A stretch of DNA of 64,000 nucleotides from Dictyostelium discoideum (lineage: Eukaryota): contig CM000154.2 in NCBI GenBank assembly GCA_000004695.1, positions 1,984,001 to 2,048,000 on the forward strand. Direction: 5' to 3'. The notes under the pieces were generated by a model. The model was not told the DNA's origin. It worked only from the letters and a program-made list of their open reading frames with translations, and searched no databases. A program made the translations under genes and the position numbers. Positions 38,181 to 52,388 of the stretch are shown here, in pieces. The stretch's first letter is position 1; every line of letters starts with the position of its first letter.

Positions 38181-41051
38181 CTTTTTATTAATTTAATCAT
38201 TAAATAATTATTTTAGTGAAATTACATTGGGTAAAGGTTTTGATATTTCTTCATTGTCTAATTTTAATGATGTATCACATTTCAATAATTCATGCTCCAT
38301 TTCATTAAAAGTTTTGGAGGGATCAATATCAAGCTTCCCATTTTCTAAAGCAAATAATCTTTTAAAATCTGTGTATGTTACATTACCCGAATAGCTTTTT
38401 ATAATTTTATTTTCTATACTAATATTTTTTAAAAAACAGAACAATACAAAGCTATATTGATAAACCTTTGAATTTAATTGATTTGAGTAACTTAAAAATT
38501 ACATCTTTGTAAGTATTTTTTTTTTTAATAATAAATATAAAATCGAAAAATATTAATTTTCAATTAAAAGAATAATGTCAAATGTTTCAAATTTATTCAA
38601 CATTAACAACGAAATACCATTTACAAATTTTCCTTCAACAATTCAAACATTGTAGGTATTTTTTAAAATAAAAAAAAAAAAAAAAAAAATTTAATTTCTA
38701 ACAAACTCTTTGTGTTTAACCAAAAAAGCAATTTTTTGGATGGAAAGATTAACAGTATTCCTAAAAATATAAATGTAGAATTTATTTCATTTAGAAATAA
38801 TTCAATGAGTGGTCCAATTGGTAAATTAAGTCAATTTGGAAGCAATGTAAAAAATTTGTAAGTTTATAAAAAAAAAAAAAAAAAAAAAAAAATAAAATAT
38901 AGTAAATTATTAATTTTCTTTTGGATATTACGAAAAATTAGATTTATTTCAATGAATAAATTAAGTGGAACAATTGACGAATCATTTTGTGGCCTTCATG
39001 ATTATGATTTCTCAAATAATTCATTTACCAGTGTTCCCAAATGTTTTAGTTGTTTCTTCCCAAAAGATCCTAATTATGGTTCAGAATTAAAATCAAAATT
39101 TGTTACGAATCAATTTGATGCAAGTCAACCTCAAGGTAAGGTTTTTTTAATTTTTAATTTTTTTTTTTAAAATTTGTTAGGTTGTTTTTAACATTTCCTT
39201 TTTTAGACTGTAATGTTGTATTAAATTTAGTTTTAGAAAATGGATTATTAAAATTGTTTGGAGATTTCGTAGGATTATATAGATATGGATTCAATTCACA
39301 ACCAAACAATGTGGATTGGGTTTGGAAAAACTATACATATTATATTGGAACACCAAAACAAGGAACAACAATACCAGATCTTATTAGTTTTAAATATGAT
39401 TTCTATGAAACAAATTTCACATTATTTACATCATCAACCCCACCAAAAATTAAAACAGTTGAATCATTTCCTGCTTCAACCACATTTACATTCAATGGTG
39501 AATACTTTAATTATAATATTTCAGAGACAAATGTAAAAATAGGTAATAAAATTTGTAATATAATTTCAACAGAATTTTCAAAGATTGTTTGTTCAGTTGA
39601 TGAATTATTTGATTCGTCATTAAAAGATTTAATAACAACCATTCAAGTTGGAAATTTGAAACAACAAATAACTGTAACACCCTATATCATGAACACAGTA
39701 ATTCAATGTAATGATAGTTGTGATGGTGTTTGTTATACTTCCAATGGTACATGTGCTTCAATAGCGTTTTATGTTTCATCAGTTGTTCCAATTCAAGAAA
39801 ACACCGAAGGAACAGTACAGCTCTATGGATCATTTGGAGAAATTCATAATGATTTATCAATTACTATTGGTGGTTCTATATGTAATAAAACATATATTGA
39901 TGCTGGTTTAATTAATTGTACATTAAAAGCAGTAGGAAGTGGTATAAAACTATTGAATGTAACTCAAAATGGTAATTCATGGATTAGTAAATCAATGTTT
40001 AGCTATTTACCACCAAATACCGTTAAAAATTGCCCAAATAATTGTTTTTCAAATTTAAATCAAGGAGTTTGCAACACATCCCTAGGCCAATGTGAATGTT
40101 TCCAAGAATATAGTGGAATAGATTGTAGTCTCTATAGAGGTGGAAATCATCCAGAAACAACTAATGATGTAGATGAAAATACTGGTAAATCTACCTTATC
40201 AAATAAAGAAACTAATTATGAAATAGATATTATACAATTATTAGAAGTTGATATAAATGATAAAATCGTTAATAACTATTCTCTTGAAAACAATTGGAAA
40301 TTAAAAAATGTAACAAATAGTAAAACATTTTTCTTTTCCCAAAAAATTCAAAATTCAAATTGTGAATTAATTTCAATAATAGATCAAATTAATAGTGATC
40401 AAAGATTATCTTTTGCAGGTGTTGATTTTTATATTCAATCTGGAGCTATTAAATTAACCATTTCAATTAGTAACTATACATATTCAAGCTCTTTAAATAC
40501 ACTAAAACTTCAAATGAAAACAATTGCCAATCAAGAATCCACAAATTGTAATACCAAATCAACAGATATTGATACAAGTGGTATAGTTACAAATTCAACT
40601 TTAAATTATGTTACAATCAAAAAGAATAACAAAGTTTTAGTTGGTAGATTTATTAATCGTGTCTTATCAGATGGTAGATCTACATTTATCACTTCAAATG
40701 TTGTATCAACAAGTGATAAAGAATCTTTAATATTACAAGTTAATTTACCCCATTGTGTTTCAGAGTGTGTCATAGATCCAGGTAAAGTTTTTTTTTTTTT
40801 TTTTTTCCTATTAAAATAATTAACTATTATTAATGATAATTTTTAATATTTTCTTTTTAGATTTCTCATTACTAGTTAGCCCAGATTACATTGACAATTG
40901 TTCAACGAAAAGAAAATGGGTTATACCAGTTGCAGTTGTAGTTAGTGTAGTTGGCGCAGCATTTTTAATTGGACTTTCAATAATTATATATAGAAAGAAT
41001 CAAATAGCAATTAGAATTAAATTATCAACTATTAGATTATCAAAAAAATAA
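37392..41051 (+). CDS. related type-I membrane protein, paralog C, with plant-type leucine-rich-repeat ectodomain followed by IPT/EGF-like region and TM. Proposed exons 37392..37606, ~37713..38126, 38217..38372, 38440..38508, 38571..38651, 38729..38857, 38942..39135, 39207..40791, 40861..41051
   Basis: Seen in sequence: signal peptide MIKNCLIYSFIFSLLYY. The small exons encode LRRs (LSNLFNINNEIPFTNFPSTIQT; FLDGKINSIPKNINVEFISFRNNSMSGPIGKLSQFGSNVKN; MNKLSGTIDESFCGLHDYDFSNNSFTSVP). The large exon has IPT-like repeats and the EGF-like CPNNCFSNLNQGVCNTSLGQCECFQEYSGIDC. The last exon encodes the TM WVIPVAVVVSVVGAAFLIGLSIIIY. Donors are GTAAGA/GTAATA/GTATGT/GTAAGT/GTAGGT/GTAAGT/GTAAGG/GTAAAG with AG acceptors. 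The middle exons are the least certain. Confidence 0.5.
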
Positions 41052-41269
41052 AAATAAAAATAAAAATAAAAATAAAATGTATTTTAAAAGTTATTTGTTT
41101 ATTAAATTATATTTACAATAGTTTTTTTTTTTTTTTTTTAATTTTTTTTTTATTATTAATTCTATTTTTAAAAAAATTTTATAAATATGTTTTATTGTTA
41201 TTATTATTTTTATTACTATTATTATTATTATTATTATTATTATAATTATTATTATTATTTTTATTATTA

Positions 41270-43079
41270 TTATCTACCACTATGACCAATTGTAGGACTT
41301 GAATAAATATAAGTATGAGAATTTGCATCTTCTTTAATAGATTCTAATTTTGCTTCATTTGATTCAGAGTAAAAAGTTTCTTCATGGTCAACAGTTGATG
41401 AAGATAATTCTTCTTTGATCATTGGTGGGAGAGATTGAGATTGTGGTTGTTCTTCAAGTTTTAGCTTACTAAAAGATCTCTTTAATTGAGTTGGTGTACT
41501 TGAATTTGTGAAATCTCTACTGAATTTTCTGACACTCTTTACGGATATATTTAATTTAGAATCATCATACTCTGGTATTTTATTTGAATCAAAGTTTGGA
41601 TCATTTTTGAATTTATCGACGACAGAGTCAACTCTTTTATCACGTTCATCCCAATATTTACCATTAAAGTCCCAACGATAACCATATTTTGAATCTTCTC
41701 TCTTTGAGAAATAATTTGGTTTCCAAATTTCTTTTCTACTTTCTCTAGTCTTTCTTTTTTCTCTTTCACGCTCTTCAATTTTATTTTTCTCTTTATTTGC
41801 AAGTTTATTCTCTTCTCTCTCCAAGTAAATTCTATCCATACGAACTCTTGAATCGGTGGAGGGTAAAACTGCTTGATATTCTTTAGACATTTCATTTAAG
41901 CCTTGAATCCATTTACCATGCTTCCATTTATTGAAATTCTCGGGTGGTTCAATTGTAGCTTCCCAAAGTGTAATCTCACCAGAACTCTTACGAGATGGAC
42001 CTTCAGAGTGTTTCTTTGCTTTGACATATTTATCCCATTTACCATTAATATGTACACGTGCATTACCCTTTGAATCAAGAATTTCACCTTGTACTTTTCT
42101 TTGAGTACCTTCGAACCAACCAGACTTTTGGAAATTTATAATGGCTTTCTCACCAGTGTTATGATTCTCTACTATTAAGTCACCATAGTGTTCTATCCAC
42201 ATCTTTCCAAATATAATATTATGACAAATTGCGGATGGAACCTTCCAAGTGAAATGTTCACCAGTAGAATTTAAATATAAATGATTTTGACCATGACTGA
42301 AAACATCTAATGAATTACCCCAGAATTTTGTAGTAATCCATGATTCTTGTTGTAAATCGAAAATTTCACTTGTAGTTTGAGCAATACCAATTGGTGGATG
42401 ATGTGAAACTTGTTCACAAAATGATTTATATCTACCTTGTTTATCAATATATTCAAATGTCTCTCCCAATAATGGATTAAATGGTTTTGCTTTAAAAAAA
42501 AAAAAAGAAGGAAAAATAAAAAAATAAATTAGTATTTATAAATTTTAAAAAATTATTAAAATAATAATAATAATAATATTTACCAGTTCTTGTATATGAA
42601 CTAAATACAGCAATATTAAAAGCGGTTAAATACATTAATCTATCGATTGAATCAGAACAAGTTGAAGCTTTTTCAATTAATTCTACAAAACGTAATGGTT
42701 CTAATTGACATTCTAAAACGGTTAATGGTTCAAAAAAGTAGACTGGTAATGAAACCAAAGACATTGGATCCTTTCCAACTAGACCACCAACTTTTTTCCA
42801 TAATGATTTTTTATCTTCTGGAGCGGATTCGGCATCACCTATTTCATTACCAAAATTGTAGTCATCCAATGTATCGATTTGTTCTCCAATGTTTGGTTCA
42901 CCTCTTTTATCATATGAGTCGGATAGAGAATTACTATCGTCACTGTAGCTACTTGCAGTATCTGGTACAACTTGGTTGCCATTCATATCATATTTACCAA
43001 CAGGTGATTCAGATTTGGATTTTCTTGAACTCTTTGGAGTACCATCCTTTTTAACTAACTTTTTGAAAAAATTTGACAT
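41270..43079 (-). CDS. oxysterol-binding protein (OSBP/ORP) family member, short form without PH domain. Exons 43079..42584 and 42489..41270 (~571 aa)
   Basis: Seen in sequence: the OSBP fingerprint EQVSHHPPI and KPFNPLLGETFEY span the intron (GTAAAT donor rc of 42578..42583, AG rc of 42490..42491, phase 1). This is consistent with ORFs 42492..43079 and 41270..42469. Confidence 0.8.
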
Positions 43080-43763
43080 TATTAATTTTTTTTACCAGAG
43101 GTACCTTATAAAGTATTTAATTAAATTTATTTAAATTTTAATTTAGATTTAGATTTAGAGTTTTTTTTTTTTTTTTTTTATAAATTATTATTTTTATTTT
43201 TATTATTATTATTACTGGTGTTATGGAAAAGTTTTTTTTTTTTTTATTATTAAAAAATATTAGTTTAATTTAAAATATTTGGAAATAAAATTCTTATAAT
43301 TTTTTTTTTTAAAAGATTTTATTTGAATTAAGAAGATTGTGTTTTTTTATAAATATAAATTTTTTTTTTTTTTTTTTTTTTATTTTATGATTTTTAATGA
43401 TGCAACAAAATATAAATTAAAGTTTAAAAATAATTATTAAAATAAAAGTTTATTATAGTTTTTTAAAAAAAAAAAAAAAAAATTAATTTAACTAAAAAAT
43501 TATTTATAAAACTTTTTTTTTCTCAAACCAGGTCTGTGTACACGAGGTTTGTGGGGAAATTTGACTTTTTTTTTTTGAAATTTTTTGTTTTCGAAAAAAA
43601 CAGAAAAAATGGGAACTATTTTGATTTGTTTTAAGTTTTGGATACTGTTTTCTATTATTTTTTTTATTTTTTTTAATTTTAAAATTCGAATTTGAATGTG
43701 ATGTGTCCTGTGTTTCACAGTTTTTCACTAACTGACTTACATTAGTTAAATTTAATTTTTTTG

Positions 43764-43798
<35 letters not shown>

Positions 43799-44466
43799 TA
43801 AAAAAATTAATTTCTTTTTTTTTTTATTATTTTTTATATTTTTTTATTATTATTTTTTTTTTTTATTTTTTTTTTATTAAAATTATTATCAATTTTTTTT
43901 TTTTTATTAATTTAAATAATATTATATGAGTGTATATTTACTATGATTTATGAAATTTAAAAAAAAAAAAAAAAAAAAAAATTTGGAACAAGTCTTTCAA
44001 ACCTTCTTTGTTTAAAAAAAAAAAAAAAAAAAATTTAATATTAAATTTTTTTTTAATTGTAGATCACTATTGAATAGATCCATTGCATTTTATCTTAATG
44101 AATTTAAATTTTATTTATTTTAATTTAAATTTTATAGATTTAATTTAAATTTAATTTAAAATTTTAAAATTTTTATAGATATATATAGAAATTGTAAAAA
44201 AAAAAAAAAAAAAAAAAAAAATTTAAAAAAAAAAAAAAAAAAAATAAATTAAAAATAAAAAAAAAAATAAAAAATAAAAATAAAAACTAAAAATAAAAAA
44301 AATTTAAAAATAAATAATTATTTTTAAAATTAATTAAAAATAGAAAAATAATTTATTAATAAAAAATAAATAAAATCGAATTAAAATAAAAATCTGGACT
44401 TTTTAAAGTACCAGGACAACAATTAATTTACCTTTTTTTTATTTTTATTTTTTTTTTTTTTTTTAT

Positions 44467-44899
44467 TTATTTTTTATTTGATTTTTTGGACTTTGTCTTA
44501 TTTTCAACAGCAACAACAAGTTTCTCTTTCTCTTTCTCTTTCTCTTTTTCTTTTCCTTTAGTTACTTGTTCTTTTCCTTTTATTTTTGTTTTTGCTTTTT
44601 CTCTGTCTCTTTCTTTTTCTTTTTCTTTATCTCTATCATTTGTACATAAAGCAAATAAATCGTTTGACATTGATAAGAGTGAGGAATATTTAATTTTAGA
44701 AGTTGTTGATAGTTTTAATTGTTTTAATTGTTCATCCTCTTCATCACTATTATCAATGTTTTGTTGTTCATCATCTTCATTCAAACTAACAAAACTTGGT
44801 AATTGTGATATAAAATTGATTAAAATTGTAGTTAATGGTGATAAATCAATTGATTCTTTGTAAAAATAAAAAAAATAAAAAAAAAATAAAAGAAATTAG

Positions 44900-44937
<38 letters not shown>

Positions 44938-47900
44938 TGATAAAATAAATTATTGTTGTTATTATTATTATAATTAAATAAACTTACTTGAATTTAAATT
45001 TAAATTAATAATAATTGAAATTAAATTTAAAGAATAATAAATTGATTTTTGATTCATTGATTGAGTATTTACATAAGAGGTTAAAAAGTGACCAATTTGA
45101 TTTATACATGGTGAAGATTTTGAAAGAGTTTGAATGATAAATTGACAAGAAGGTGGTAAAGATCCTGAATTTTCAAGTAGATCCAATTGTTCAGAGAAAT
45201 CTGGTTCTAGATTTAAACATTTTGAAAATTCTTTAAAAATTTGTTGTTCAATTAAAGATTTAATTATAACATTTAATAAACCTTTTTGATTAAATAATAA
45301 TAAATATTCTGATAATTTAAAGAATGATAAATATTTGTTATTATTATTACTATTATTATTATTATTATTATTATCAATATTATTATTATCAATATTCTTT
45401 TTAATAATTGGACAATAATTAATATTATCAAATAATTTAAATAATAAATTTTGAGAGATTTCTTGTAATCTTGGATCACCACCACCATTTAAAGAATGAT
45501 TCATTAATTGAGTTGAAAATTTTGCAACGATTGGTATAATTTCATTGAAACCAGTTAATGAAAAACCTTTGATAATCTCTAAAATCTTTGAAAATTCTAA
45601 ATAAAATTGGTTACATGAATCTGATGAAAATAAACCAAATGCAATACTCTCTGATAAAACCAATAAATAACATTGTAATATTTCAGTGATAAATAATTTT
45701 TCATTTTCTTTTAAAATAAATTGATCAAGTATTTCATTTTCATTTTCATTATCATTTTCATTATCATTATCATTTTCATCATCAGTTACATCTTGATCAC
45801 CATTTTCTTTTTCAAAATTCTTTCTTTTTCTTTTATTATTAATTAATTGTTTTTTTGTAAACTTTTGTAAAATTTGAATTAACAATTTACCAAAATCAAA
45901 AATATCACTAAAATAACCAGAATCCTTATTAATGTTTTCATTTAAACCTTCACTATGAAACAAGATTTTTGTATAAATGGTAAAACTTGTTACCAATAAA
46001 TTTCTATTAATCTTTAAAAGTATTTTTTTATTTATAATTTGATTCTCTGATTTTTCATTTTCTTTATTTTCTTCACTTTTATTTTCATTTTCATTTTCTT
46101 CTTCTTCTTCTTCTTTCTCCTTTTCATTTATTTTTATTTTACATTCAATTTCTAACCTTTTTGCAATAATTGGTAAAATTGATTGAAAACTTGAAATCAT
46201 TTCACCAAAAATTTCATCTTCATTTAAAACTTGAGCTCTAGATTGATCATTTTTAAACAATATATCTAAAAAAACCATTGAAATTGTTGCTTTTTCACAA
46301 ATTTTTTCAAAACTCATTTCTTTTTCTTCTTCTTCTTCTTCTTCATTTTGATTATCTTCATTATCATCATCATTATCATCGTCTTGTTTTTTATTACCTT
46401 TCTTTTTCTTTTTATTTGATTCTCTTTTTCTTTTTGATTGTTTTTCTTTTTTATGATGTTGTTGTTCATTTGATTCAAATAATTTTTTAAATGGTAATTT
46501 AATTGAATCTAAAATAATTTTTAAAACTTGTTTTGGTAATTCCCAAGAGAATAAACTTAATAAAAGTGTTTCTTTTAAAAGATCTGGTGTAGTTGAATCA
46601 ATTTCTTGAAAATTTTGTAATAGTAATTCTTTTAAAGTTGGGAAATTCTCTAAAGAGAATTGTGATGCAATTTTAATGATTTTACACATTCCTTCAACTC
46701 TTGGTATATTTGCAGAGAATAACCAAACATAAATACTCGTAATATCATCATCATTAAAAACTTGTAACATTGATGATTTAGTTTTTTGAAATTCTTCTTT
46801 CTTTGAAAATAATAATGGTTTTAATGAATTTAAAATTAATGAAATAATTTCTAATATTGATTCAAAATCTTCCACTGATACACCAACATCTTCTTCTTCA
46901 TCATCTTCATCTTCATCTTTTTCTTTTTCTTTTTCTTCATTATTATTTTCTTTTTTATTTATTTGTAATGAAATTGGTAATTGATTAATTTCAATATTTT
47001 GAGTACTAAATTTAACTAAATAATTAAATAAAGTACAAACGAATTTTGCAACCGATAAAACTGGTACGAAATTAACCAAATTTGAATAAAAAGAGAAAGC
47101 AGCTTGTTTTTTTGATTTAAAGAATTGAATACAATTATTTACAAGATCCCATTTCTTTGCATCGGATGGAAAATAAAGTTCAACTATTAATTGAGTGAAT
47201 TTCTTTGATAATCTTTGATTTTTATAATCTAATATCATTCTCTCTAAAAGATGATCCACTGGTACGATATCAAAGAAACGAATTGTTGAAATTCCTTTTA
47301 TGAATAATAATAAATCTGCAAATGATTCTCTAACACGTTCAGATTGATCATGAATTAGATTTCTTAAATTTGGTAATAAAACACGTAATGTTGAATGAGA
47401 TAAAGAATTGTCTAATAGTAATCTAACACCAATGAAAATCTGTTCCCTAACTGAATTTGATGATTTATCAAATGCCAACTCATTGATTAACTTTGATAAT
47501 AGACCACGAGAATTTGATAATGGTATAAGTTCCCAAAATTTAGAGAGTACTTCAAAAGTACCCTCAATGGCAACCACTCTAACTTGAATTGAAGGATCTT
47601 CAAATAGGTCTTTTAACAATTTGAACTGTCTATTCAATTCAGTGTCAATCTCCTCCTGTGTATCATCATTTGATTTCTTCAATGGGAATGAGTCATAGAA
47701 TAGTCTAGCGGCATTGGTACGAACTTGTGGATGTGATACCGTTAACGATCTGAATAAAATAGGTTCATACAATCTATACAACATGGGGTCCACTTCTTTA
47801 TATGGTTTCTGGTTATGAAAGTAATGTAAAAACCCATTTAAATTCTTTGAAAGTTTCATATTTGAGCAATGAATTGCCACCTCCATTAGATTCTGTAAGC

Positions 47901-49022
47901 AGTAGTATTCAATCTTCACAAGGAACGCACCCTGAGCCATCTTCCACGCTTTGAAATATATTTCTGCATATGAATTCAGGGTGGTCTTGTTGGCGTGCAA
48001 TAACTGTCCTTTCACAGTTTGATGTATCTCTTCAATCAGTATTGACCTAATCGAGAATAAAAATATTAAAAACTTTTTACCCTCTTCTGTCTTTATAAAT
48101 TGTGGATGTATAAAACAATTCAATAATAAATCTATAAACGATCTTGCATTTGGGTCTGTATATTCCAATGTCAACAATCCATGTCTAACCCTATTCAATC
48201 TACTTATATCGGCTATCACACCACTACTTGCTGATCTCGTCAATAAATAACTAAGTGTTTGTGGTACCAATTCTTGAAATTCACTTCTCTTTTGTCTAAT
48301 CCATATCTCACAACATTGTGATATCTCATTTGATAAATCACTATATACACCACTTAATTTCTTTGATAATTCTTTTGAATAAATCTTTTCTTGTTCAATT
48401 TTTTCACTAATATTTAAAAATTGTAATATAATTTCTATTTTAAAAAAAAATAAAAAAATATTTTAATATAAATAAATATATATATATATATAAATTATTT
48501 ATAATAAAATATATTATTATTATTATTATTATTATTATAGTTACCATGTAATGTTTTTAAAATTTCAAATAATTCAATTGGTAATTGTTGAGGTTGTTGA
48601 GGTTGTTGAGGTTGAGGTTGTTTTAATTGTATAGGTTTATCAATTGATGATAAAAATTCATTTACTATTTTCAAAATACCTGAAAATGTTTTTAAAGAAT
48701 TTAAAATTACTTTTTCATGATTTTTAATTGCACTTTCATCAATTATATCACCACTTGTCGCTTGATCGAATGGTGTTAATAAATCATCTTCTATTAATGG
48801 TGCCAATTTATTATCTTTTAATCCAATGAATAATTCAGTATAATCTTTAACTGGTAACCATTGAAAAAATTCTGTAAAACTAAATTTGACTAATTCATCT
48901 TCTTTTCCTTTCTTTATAATTCTATACTTTTGTTTTGTTGTTAATTCTATAAATGATATATCAAATCCATTACTACTACTTTTTGTTAATGATTCAAATA
49001 ATTGTTTTTTAATTATTTCCAT
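44467..49022 (-). CDS. condensin-II complex subunit G2 (NCAPG2)-like HEAT-repeat protein. Exons 49022..48545, 48434..44988, 44855..44467 (~1437 aa)
   Basis: Seen in sequence: CFIHPQFIKTEEGKKFLIFLFS, YAEIYFKAWKMAQGAFL and PMLYRLYEPILFRSL..VRTNAARLFYDSFPL align with human NCAPG2 (CFININYIKKEEGRRFLSCLFN / IAEIYFRAWKKASGKIL / EMLYRLYKPILWRGL..VRSNAALLFVEAFPI). Intron 1 has donor GTAACT and acceptor AG (rc of 48435..48436). Intron 2 has a GTAAGT donor (rc of 44982..44987) and AG (rc of 44856..44857). The ORF-track 'M' at 48270 is a TTG; the true ATG is at 49022. Confidence 0.65.
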
Positions 49023-49360
49023 TTAATTTATAAATAATTAATTTATATTTATATATACACATATATAAATAAGAGAAACAAATAAAAAATAAAAAAAATG
49101 AAAATATTGAAATGAAAAAAAAAAAAAATGAATTTTGAAAAAAAAAAAAAATAAAAAAAGATTTTGGAGGGAAAAAGAAATAAATAAAAAAAAAAAAAGA
49201 GGGAAAAAAAAAAAGATATTTTTTTTTTTTTTATTTCAGAGATAGTGTTGGATTATAGTTTTTTTTTTTTTTTTTTTTAAAAAAATATTGCTTGTTTTAT
49301 TTTATTTTTTTATTTTTTATTTTTTTTATTTTTTTTTAAAAATTTAATAAATAAATAATT

Positions 49361-49688
49361 TTAAAGAGTACAAACAATTGAACCATTATTAACTTCACTA
49401 TAAGTGTAACCTTTCTCTTTCATAAGTTTATGAACCATTGGTTTAATCTTTGGTCCATTTGCATCAGAGTGATTACCAGCACCAGTGATGATTGTAAATT
49501 CTTTACCTTTGTTGGATTTAATTCCATCCAAATGTTCAACTAAAAGTTCAATTGCATCATTAGCATGTAAACCATGAAGATCAACTGTGAATTTATCATT
49601 TTTGGCATTCCTAATAATAAAAAAAAAAAACAATAATAATAAAAAAAATAAAAAATAAAAAAATATATTAATGTTACTATATACTACC

Positions 49689-49730
<42 letters not shown>

Positions 49731-50446
49731 TTAATAAATATTTACTTAGCTATGAAAACAGATTTTGAAGCTTCTTTTGAAGCTTTTTCTAATTCTTGAG
49801 TTTTAGCTTTTGCTTGTTCTCTTAATTGATGACCTAAAGATTTATCACCAGATTCGAATGCCTTATCAGCTTGTTTATGTAAATCATCTCTTTCCTTTGC
49901 GATTCTATCAACTTTTTCTTGACCTTTTTTATATAATTCTTCAGTACGTTGATGTTCTTTTTCATGATCATCCTTCATATCACTGTGTTCTTTATCTTTT
50001 TGTGATTGAGTTTTATGTTCACCTTTAATCTTGTTGATCATATCGATTGCTCTTTGACAATCTGAATCAGATGATCCTCTAACTGTAATTGTTTCACCAT
50101 TCTCTGGTATTTCAACATCACAATTGGTATCTTCTTTAATTTGTTTAATTGTTGATCCTTTTGTACCAATGATATATTTATGTAATTCCTTATCAACATT
50201 TATTGTTTTACTCTTACTTCCTGATGAACCAGTTTGTTGAGCTGTTTGAATTGGTTCCTTTTGTGCTGCTGCTGCTGATTTTGGTTGTTGTTGTTGTTGT
50301 TGTGGTTGTTGTGGTTGTTGAACTGCTGCTTTTGCTGGTGCTTGTCTAGCTGCTGCAACTGTAGTTGATGATGGTTGTTGTTGTGGTGCTTGACTTGGTT
50401 TCACCTTTTTTGATGCTGACTTTTCTTTACCACAAATTGCACCCAT
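49361..50446 (-). CDS. KH-domain + Smr-domain protein with N-terminal MGxxC acylation motif. Exons 50446..49746 and 49610..49361 (~317 aa)
   Basis: Seen in sequence: MGAICGKEK...; the KH-like segment IIGTKGSTIKQIKEDTNCDVEIPENGETITVRG; a GTAAAT donor (rc of 49740..49745) and AG (rc of 49611..49612), phase 2; Smr domain VDLHGLHANDAIELL...ITGAGNHS...GPKIKPMVHKLMKEKGY. Confidence 0.7.
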
Positions 50447-51082
50447 TTTAAAATATTATTTAATTATTTTTGGTATTAAAAACTAATAGTTATTTAAAAT
50501 AAATGAAAAAAAAAAATAAAAAAAAAAAAAAAATGGAATGGAAAATAAAAAAAAAAAAAAAACCAAACCAAAAAACTATAAAAAACTAAAAATTAAAAAA
50601 AAAATAAAAAAAAAAAAAATTTTAATTTAAATTTAGACCATTCACAACAGTTAACTGAAAAAAAAAACAAAAAAAAAAATAAAATTATTAAAAAAAAAAA
50701 AAAAAATCGGTTAAATATCCATTTAACACAATTAAATGAAATCTTACTAATTATTATTATTTTTTATACATAATAAATTTGGAAAAAAAAAAAAAAAACG
50801 AAAATAAAATAAAATTCAAATAAAAATGACTAAAACACAAAGAAAAAAAAAATCCAATGAATTCTTATTTTACCAAAAACAACAAAAATTTTATTTATTT
50901 TTTTTTTTTTTAATTTTTTTTAATTTTTTTTTTTTTTTTTTTTTTAGGGTTTAAAATTTTGGTGATGTTTTTTTTTGAAATTTTTTATTTTTAAAAAAAT
51001 TTCTTGAACACATCAATCACAATCAAGATCTTCTCAATTTTTTAAAAACAACATATATATTATAATATTAAATAAAAAATAA

Positions 51083-51785
<703 letters not shown>

Positions 51786-52066
51786 AAAAAAAAAAATATA
51801 AATAGAAAAAAAAAAAAATTAAGACAGATTTAAGAAATTAAAAGGAATTTGGAAAAAAAAAAAAAAAAAAAAAAAAAGAAAATAATTATAGGTTAAACAG
51901 ATAAATTGTTTTCTTTTTTTTTTTTTTTTTATAATCTCTCTTTATTTTTATTGTATAGATATAAACAAATAAAATATATTAAAAAAAAAAAAACAAAAAA
52001 AACTTATCCTTTTTTTTTATTTTTTATTTTTTTTTATTATTATTTGTTTTTTTTTTATTATTATTT

Positions 52067-52091
<25 letters not shown>

Positions 52092-52097
<6 letters not shown>

Positions 52098-52347
52098 TAA
52101 AAGCCATGGCTCCTCTTCGACATTTTGAGCATGTTTTCTTTCTTCCATAGTAACTGGTAATACATCAAGTTTAATTAATTGTGGAAACTTGGAAATGATA
52201 TAAATTCTATAATTATAATGATGATGAGGTGCTTTATGTGGTGATGGATACTCTTCATTATCTTCTAAATTTAATGTTAATAAATGAGGTACACTACTCA
52301 TTAACCTAAAACAAAACATTTTATAACTAATAATAAAATAAATTAGT

Positions 52348-52388
<41 letters not shown>

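Noticed and set aside
38208-38444. Reverse-strand 78-aa ORF
   Set aside because: It overlaps a + strand LRR exon of paralog C that fits the phase of the flanking exons; the minus ORF starts with TTG and has no partners.
43500-43728. Reverse-strand ORFs in the OSBP upstream region
   Set aside because: They are Lys-rich translations of poly-A/T with no coding signal; the only notable content is the small G/C island reported as a finding.
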